Below, in pieces: positions 56,715 through 64,000 of a stretch of DNA of 64,000 nucleotides. Positions within the stretch are counted from its first letter, which is position 1; each line of letters opens with the position of its first letter. Made by a program: the position numbers and the translations under genes. Below the pieces are notes generated by a model. The model ran no database searches, had not been told where the DNA came from, and worked only from the letters and a program-made list of their open reading frames with translations. The DNA is from the human T2T-CHM13v2.0 reference genome, Homo sapiens, in assembly GCF_009914755.1 (NCBI RefSeq), contig NC_060928.1; one strand, written 5' to 3'.

Positions 56715-57480
56715 ATCATTCATTCAGTCCACAAATCTTTGTTGTATGAATGCTACCTACTAGGCATGGTTCCTGGTGCTGAGAATAAAGAAGTAAAAAG
56801 GCAATTGATAAAAATCACGGTCCTCATGAAACTTACACTGTAGTGAAGGGAGAAATAAACATGGTAAATAAATAATAATGTATGAAGCTGAGCACCGTGG
56901 CTCACACCTGTAATCCCAGCACTTTGGGAGGCTGAGGCAGTGGATCACTTCAGCACAGGAGTTTGAAATCAGCCTGGGCAACATAGCGAAACCCCTCTCT
57001 CTACCAAAAATATAAAAAAATTAGCCGGACATTGTGGTGGGGCCTGTGGTCTCAGCTAATTGGGCGGCTGAGGTGGGAGAATTACTTGAGCTTGGGGAGG
57101 CAGAGGCTGCAGTGAGCCAAGATCACCCCACTGCACTTCACCCTGGGCAACAGAGTGAGATCCTGTTTCAATGATAATTAGTAACAATAAATATAATAAT
57201 ATATGAGGTATATTAAATCTGATAAGTAGGGTAAGCATAAAGGAAGATTGTTGGAAGAGATGATAGGAAACCAGATCACATAGGACATTGTGGACCCTCA
57301 TAAGGATTTGGCTGTTCCTCTCAATCATGTGGGGAGCCATTGAAAGGAGCAGATGGGCATTATGCTTTGACTTCATTTGTTTAAGTCTTCCACTAACTAC
57401 TGTATGGAAACAGACTTAGGGGAGGATGCATAATGGGATGAAGAGCAGAAGTAGGAAGATCTCTTAGAAAGATACTGTTT
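56715..57480 (-). mobile_element. L2 3' remnant interrupted by an Alu
   Basis: CATTCATTCAGTCCACAAAT...GAATGCTACCTACTAGGCATGGTTCCTGGTGCTG; GGGGAGCCATTGAAAGG. Confidence 0.7.
56887..57172 (+). mobile_element. AluJ-type SINE
   Basis: GCTGAGCACCGTGGCTCACACC...CTGGGCAACATAGCGA...GCTGAGGTGGGAGAATTACTTGAGC...GAGGCTGCAGTGAGCC. Confidence 0.92.
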
Positions 57481-58079
57481 CTTCTATAGAAGAAATTGTC
57501 CACCCACAATAGCCAAGGTATCTTGATATTGTATTATAGGTCAGACCATTTGATGTCAGTAGAAAATCTATTCTGCCTGAGCAAAAGGGCTGTGACTTAC
57601 AGGAAACATTGAGAATTAAAATTAGATTCTTGAGGATCATGATGTTTGGAGTCCTGGAGGACCATGCTGAGCAACAGTGGTTGCAATGCCTCAGTGCTAA
57701 ACAGCCACTGAAGCAGTCTTAGAGAGCAAGCAGTGGAACAGGTGGGTAGTGGTGACTTTGTGGGAAAGCAGAGCCTGCAGTGTGACTGCAGCCATGGGCT
57801 GTGCACCGTCTGGCCCAGGCTGTGGGTGAAGCTCGGATCACCATCCTGTTTGGATGTATCAGTGTGGTTAGTTTTAGAGTAAATGGAAACAGACATTGTG
57901 GCAGGATGGTATTTTGTAGTTTTAACAAGTAATTTGGGTATCTAGAATGTGCAGCATCAGTTGCCTTAGGGAAGGAATGTTATAGCAGAAGCTCAGTGGA
58001 ATTTCAAAAGCCCTGTACCCCAGGAGACCTCAGGGCAGAGACAGTGTTTGGTAAGTCAGAACAAGTCTTGCAACTCCCT

Positions 58080-58085
<6 letters not shown>

Positions 58086-58128
<43 letters not shown>

Positions 58129-58130
58129 TG
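58086..58130. repeat. (TG)n microsatellite
   Basis: About 17 uninterrupted TG units plus a short second run. Confidence 0.97.
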
Positions 58131-58425
58131 GTGGCCGCGGAAGTGAGAAGAGGCAAAGGTGAAGCAAGAGGGGCCACAGTGTGGGTATCTGAGAAAGGGG
58201 AGACCTGTTCCCTGCTCCACAGGAGTGTGCTGAGATTTAACAGGCATGACCAAACCCTAGAGAAATTTGGGGAGGAATGTGATAGCAGAAGGTGTGTCTC
58301 TTTTGCCAGATAGAGCCCAGGGAGATTAGAAGACCCCTGAGAGGAAAGGCTTGAGCAGTGTGTTTGGGCTGACTGGGGGTGGGAATAGGGAGAGACCCAG
58401 AGAAAGGGAGAGACAGAGACCAAAA

Positions 58426-58493
58426 GGAAGGAAGGAAAGAAGGAAGGAAGGAAGGAAGGAAGGAAGGAAGGAAGGAAGGAAGGAAGGAAGGAA
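58426..58493 (+). repeat. (GGAA)n microsatellite in a longer purine tract
   Basis: (GGAA)3 AGAA (GGAA)13; purine-rich from about 58385 to 58585. Confidence 0.97.
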
Positions 58494-59871
58494 GAGAGGA
58501 GAAGGGAAGGAGAGTGAGAAAGGGAGAGGGACAGAGAGGGAGTGAGGAGGGTAGTGAGAGAGGAACTCAGAGGGAGAGGGAGAGATTGTGAGTAGAGGCC
58601 TGCTGAGCTCTGAGCCCTGCTCTGCCTCCTGGATAGAGAAAAGAAAGAATGCATCTGTGACTTTGTGGGACAATCACTGAAGTCAGGGATGGTGGGCATC
58701 TCAGAAAGTGGTAATTAAGGGTCTGATGTCTCCCATCTCCCAGAACATAGATCCTCCTCCTCCCTCTGCCCTGGCCTGTCTGCCCTGCCCCACTTTCCCC
58801 CGAAAAAAGGAATCCCATGGAGCTGGGAAGAGTGTCAGATTTCCCCCTCTATTCTCAGGTAAAAGGACTTCACCTAGACACAGAATTTCTTATATAATTC
58901 AATTTTTGAATTCAGACTTAAATTTGTGATACATTTGTAGAACTCAATTGCATTTTAACCCTCAGGACTAATAAATACGGAAATAGAAAATATCTTTTTC
59001 CTAGCTATTCACATTTACTACATAGAACCCCAAACCAGCCACTACTAAAAATAAACAAACAAAACTGGGTGGATGCTTCAGGCAGAGATTTCATAGATTA
59101 TAATTTAGGCTTTGATATTTTTTTCCCAGAAGTGAGAAAAGAGGGTGGGGGTTGTGGAAGAAAGTGTGATTCTGTTAAAGGTAGAAAGCACATGTATAAG
59201 GGAAGACTGGAGATGCTAGTGGGGAAGGGTAAAATGAGGGCACAAAGTGCCCCAAATGAGGGAGGAGCAGGTGGAGTAGGAAATAGAGGGGTGTGAGAAC
59301 GGAGTGTGGGGGTCAATGAGGGGATCCGTGCTGCTTGCGCCCTGCTTCTCTGGTGGGGCAGGAGTCAGGTCATCTGCTGAAAACTGGGGTGAGGTGGGAA
59401 GAAGGGGGCTGGCACAAGCAGGATTGGGATCTAAGGAAAACAGAAAGATCAGAACAGCTGCTCTACAAAATGGGTTATGAAATGAACAAGGAAGGAAAGT
59501 TTGCCAAGCACCAGTGAAAGCACCTTTGAAATAAGATAACATGAATTTATAATATGCCAAGGTAGCTATTCGTCTCTTTAGTTCTGTATTCAACTTTTGT
59601 CTTATTCTAATAGCAGAAATTTGACCTGTTTTTGTAACACAAGAAAACTATTGGGTCACTTTAATTTTTCTTTTTAAATATACTTTTTTGTTCTACAAGA
59701 ACTTTGCAACCAAATTATCTGTTTTAATTCATTGAAAAATCATAAGATACAGGCCTTAGGAATATTTCATATAGTGTTATTAGCTTTGGTATGTAATAAA
59801 TTTATATAGACCACATTTATCTTTTAAATATATTTGCCATGTTATCTTTGTGAGCAGTACTGTGAGGACCT

Positions 59872-59963
59872 GGGGAGAAATGGAAGGGAAGAGAAGGGAA
59901 AAGGAGAGGAGGAGAGGAGCAGGGAGGAGAAGGAAATAAAAGGAAGGAAAGGAAAAAGAGAAG
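59872..59963 (+). repeat. GA-rich low-complexity tract
   Basis: GGGGAGAAATGGAAGGGAAGAGAAGGGAAAAGGAGAGGAGGAGAGGAGCAGGGAGG... Confidence 0.85.
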
Positions 59964-62250
59964 TAGCGTGGCCCAGGAGTTTGAGGCATCCTCCTCACAA
60001 CTGTCCTCTTGTATATACACATAAGCATGAGACAGTTGAAATGTCTGAGGAGTCCTTGGGTAAAGGAACCTTTTCAATTTTCTGCTGCCCTGCCTTAAAA
60101 AAATACCTATAGCCTACAAAGAGATATTGACCAAAAATAGTACATGTGGTTCCAAAGCAAGAGAAGAGCTTTTGGAATTGGGTGGACCTGAGGCAGGCAC
60201 ATAATAGGCTTTCAATAAACAACTATTGTTGCTAATTTATAACAGTTTGTCAAGCTGGCTTTTCTAAGGCCAGCTCTTGTATAGCAGGAGTTGAGGCCAA
60301 GAAGAGGACTAGGAAGTGAGGGTTCTATAGTTAGTATCCTGGGTGCCACTCATGACATATCAGGGGCTGATCCCCCCTATTATAAGAGGCAGAGGCAGAG
60401 GCATTAGTCAAAGCTGTGGGAAGAGAAAGGTGGGTGGATGTTGTTTGTCTGTTTTTAGTAGTGACTGATTTGGGGTTCTATGTAGCACAAGGCAAAATGA
60501 CAAAGAGAGTAGAATTGATCATTGATGGATTTTTATTGCAACAACTTCCCTCTGTCAAAAATTTTTTTTTAAAAAAAGAGCAAAAAGAGGAAAAAACCCT
60601 TTCACATTAATACACTCTTTTCTTCTATTTATATCATATTCACAGAATCCACATACCTCTTGTCTTTCCATTCTTCAGTTTCTTGCGAAACTTATTTAAC
60701 AGCAACTGAGATCATGTTGTAGCACCGTACAACCAGGGCAGTCTTGTCTGTGGGGTGCACTGCCTTTCTTCCTCACCTGGCTCAGTACATTGCTTTTGTC
60801 TTGTTTTGAGCAGATTCTGGGAAAATGTAGCTTATCTTCACCCACATTTTTAAGGGTGGAGGAAGAGAGCCTTAATACCATTTTGTACTTCCTCCTTGAA
60901 TCATAATCATCTTAGCTAGATAGACAGCCTAGTAGGAGTCCAGCATTCCCTGCTTGTTCATACTCGCCCTTCCTCTGCTCACTTCACAGCCCTGCCAAGT
61001 CCTAGTCTCTATGCAGCTTGCTTTCATTTGAAGGCAAAAAAAACACTGAAGCTCAGCCTTTAGCAGCTCATGACTATACAGAGGAAGCCTTTGGTCTGGC
61101 AAATCCATCACTCTCATTTGGTTTCCAAAAGTCACTGGAACCTTGACAGAGAAGACTTAAAGCCTCTAGAAGCTATACTGGAAACAAAACAGTTTTTCAC
61201 TAGAGCTGTTGCTGTTTTATGAAGAGCATTCTGCAAAATGCCTTATGAGTACATACTAATAATGTCTAGTATGTAAATAAATTATACCTAATAAATTCTC
61301 AGAGGGCTGTTAGCTTCTCTCTAATCCAATCAAAGCTGCCTGATTCTTGCACTGGGCACAAATGATGATGTTCCTTGGAAATTTTCCAGGTAAAATAGTT
61401 TGGAATTATGGAAAGGGCTCTCATGGCATTAATAATGCCTCCCATTAATTCTGGGAGCTTCTCATTTCATAGCCACCTCTCATTTGACTAATTTTAAAAA
61501 GATATTTTTTTCTGAAAATATATTGAATGTAAGTCACATATCTAAATAACAGCACATAAAAATGCTTATGATATAGTAAGTGCAAGAAAAATAAAATTAT
61601 ATGCCATGATTACAACTATTTAAAATTCTGCATGGATAAGGACAAGGATTAGAAGAAAGCATGACAGGTCACCTGGGACATTGAAGGTTGCCAATAAATA
61701 TTGATGAGTGAATTCTCAATGTACATAAATAACAATTACTGGATTTGATAAAATTATTCAGTTTTCTCTTGAATATTACATTTATAAAATGAGTAAGTTC
61801 CTAAAAACTGGTTAGATGCAGTTGTTATTAAAACACTCTATCTTCTTTATAACTTCCAATTTTTCTCTATCTGAAGTTTTCCCTACCTGTTGATCTTATA
61901 GTCATTCTCTGGTACTAGAAAAGCAGATCTGAGCATTCTAAAAATGTCAGGGTTGTTCAGCTGATGCAAAGCAAAATATTATCAGATTATATCAGAATAT
62001 AGCAGATATTATCACTGTCTTCTCAAATCCAACACTGGCCAATAGGATGGCCTAATTCAGGTGATGTGGTTTCAAAGACTGTTGGTCCCCCAGCTACCTA
62101 CCAGTAATTTAATAGTGATGCTTCAATTTAGACTTCTATAGATACATTCCATTTTTAAGGTTTGGTCCCCAATAAATACAAATACCTGGAGAAATAATAC
62201 TTCAAAGAATCTTGGTTATTTGTATCTGAGCTTAAAAAAGATTACTGGAT

Positions 62251-62452
62251 TTTTTTTTTTTTTTTTTTTTTTTTGTGAGACGGAGTCTTGCTTACAGGCA
62301 TGTGCCACCACACCTAGCTAATTTTTGCATTTTTAGTAGAGACAGGGTTTCACCATGTTGGCCAGGATGGTCTTGATCTCCTGACCTTGTGATCCGCCTC
62401 CCTTGGTCTCCCAAAGTGCTGGGATTACAGGAGTGAGCCACCACGCCCAGCC
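62251..62452 (-). mobile_element. Alu (AluSc-like) with most of the right monomer deleted
   Basis: GAGACGGAGTCTTGC joins TTACAGGCATG; perfect 17-bp TSD AAAAAAGATTACTGGAT. Confidence 0.93.
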
Positions 62453-63195
62453 AAAAAAGATTACTGGATACTTTCTAGACATTAAGTTTTGGTCAGGGAG
62501 ATGAAAGATGACATAAGAATTCTGAAGGGGGAGGTGGGTTTCGGAGATGGCTTGTTCAAGGGAAAAAGTGGCAAAGAAAGGAGAGATGACCAAAGTGCCA
62601 TTTGCCTGCCCAGAGCTGATCCTTCTGTCTAAGGGTGAGTGTCATGACTGAGGGGCAGCTGGGACTGCTTAAGTGGCTGCCACTATATTCAGTCATTGAA
62701 AGCATGCTCCGGGAATTCAGGTTTGGCTGCAGCTGTGACAGTGGGTGAGGGCAATCATATCCAAGCTGCCATGTGGTCTGTGAGATTCCTGAGTCAATAG
62801 TGAGTCTATTTAGGGATTAGGACCTTGCATTCTCATACGAGATTTAGTAGTCATAATACACAGCCAGGATCATGGCACATTTAACAGGTATTAAGAGAGT
62901 ACTAGGAGAATATGAAGATCAAATGTCAGGGCTTTTAATATGGTTTTTTTGTTTGTTTGCTCGCTTTTGCTGTAGATTGTGAATATATAGATTCCAACCT
63001 TTCACTCTTGATAACAGAAAAAAAATCTTTGATATCAATTACAAGTTTTTGCCTGCGTTATTAACCAGCCTCCAAGCAATCCAAATTGTTTCCTTCTAGT
63101 AATTGTTCAGCTGTACTATTTTAAAAAATTAAATGAACATTTTCTGTTGAACAGAAACAATCTGTTGGGTTTACTTGAAAGAAATTCGTACTTAG

Positions 63196-63500
63196 GGCCA
63201 GGCACAGTGGCTCACACCTGTAATCCCAGCACTTCGGGAGGCCAAGGCAGGCGGATCATGAAGTCAAGAGATCGAGACCATCCTGGCCAACATGGTGAAA
63301 CCCCGTCTCTACTAAAAACACAAAAATTACCTGGATGTGGTGGCGCGCTTGTAGTCCCAGCTACTCGGGACGGGCTGAGGCAAGAGAATTGCTTGAACCC
63401 AGGAGGCAGAGGTTGCCGTGAGCCAAGATTGCACCACTGCACTCCAGCCTGGCAACAGAGCAGGATTCCGTCTCAGAAAAAAAAAAAAAGAAGAAGAAAA
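63196..63500 (+). mobile_element. AluSc-type SINE
   Basis: CCAGCCTGGCAACAGAG; TSD AAAGAAATTCRTACTTA. Confidence 0.95.
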
Positions 63501-63714
63501 AGAAATTCATACTTACCTGCTTAATTAATGATATAACTGGCCCTTGTTTGAAGTAATCAAGAGTGAGACCTGGGGAGAGCTCATGCATCAAGGATCCTGT
63601 AAGAGTTGTGTTCCTTAGTTTAAAGAAAGTCAGCATGTATTCAGGTCTATGTGATCACACACATACATACTCAAAAGTGTGGGCATTAGGATGAGAAAAC
63701 AAGACAGATGTAAT

Positions 63715-63855
63715 ACGTAGTAACATTTTAAGTGCTTATCATTTGCAAGGCGTTGTTTTAAGGGCTTTTCTCATTAAATTCTTAGATTATCATCATAGCT
63801 AACTACTATTATTATTCCCATTTCATAGATTATCAAAGTGAATAGTTAAGTCCTA
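63715..63855 (-). mobile_element. MIR remnant
   Basis: TAACATTTTAAGTGCTTA...ATTATTCCCCATTTCATAGAT. Confidence 0.55.
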
Positions 63856-64000
63856 TGAGTATTTTTTTTAATTACAGAAAAGGAGAGAGAAAAACAAGAG
63901 AAATTAGAAGGGAAAGAGAGAAGAAACTGTCATTTTCTGTCTTTCGGAGCCATTTCTAGTCATGAGAAAAAGAAAGGCAATAGATTTTCAAGGAGCAATA

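Noticed and set aside
58004-58699. 231-aa ORF and overlapping ORFs
   Set aside because: Translations of (GGAA)n, (TG)n and purine tracts (FLPS, HT, GRKE repeats); low complexity, no protein signature.

Overview
Primate (human-like) genomic DNA, AT-rich and dominated by transposable elements; it looks intronic or intergenic. I could not recognise any host protein-coding exon, RNA gene or CpG island, and I cannot name the locus. The main content is: (1) a nested retroviral cluster at about 17.5-31.3 kb, made of an ERV1 LTR stub and internal sequence, a full-length THE1B-type MaLR, and a 5'-truncated HERV-L with gag remnant, pro, RT, RNaseH, IN and dUTPase; (2) a two-LTR HERV9/LTR12 provirus (41590-49180, minus strand) inserted into an AluJ; (3) two 5'-inverted (twin-primed) L1s; (4) about 17 Alus, Tigger3, MER63, MLT2, MIR/L2 remnants and several microsatellites. 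All ORFs with recognisable homology are decayed retroelement genes; the rest are Alu, LTR or low-complexity artefacts. I found no evidence for a new biological system. The least-explained signals are two local non-tandem duplications of apparently unique DNA (35249-35437 vs 37038-37181; 49472-49816 vs 51607-51961), a probable L1 3' transduction, several Alu-junction deletions, a palindromic pure-AT tract and a GGAA microsatellite. Subfamily names come from remembered consensus sequences and need RepeatMasker/Dfam confirmation.
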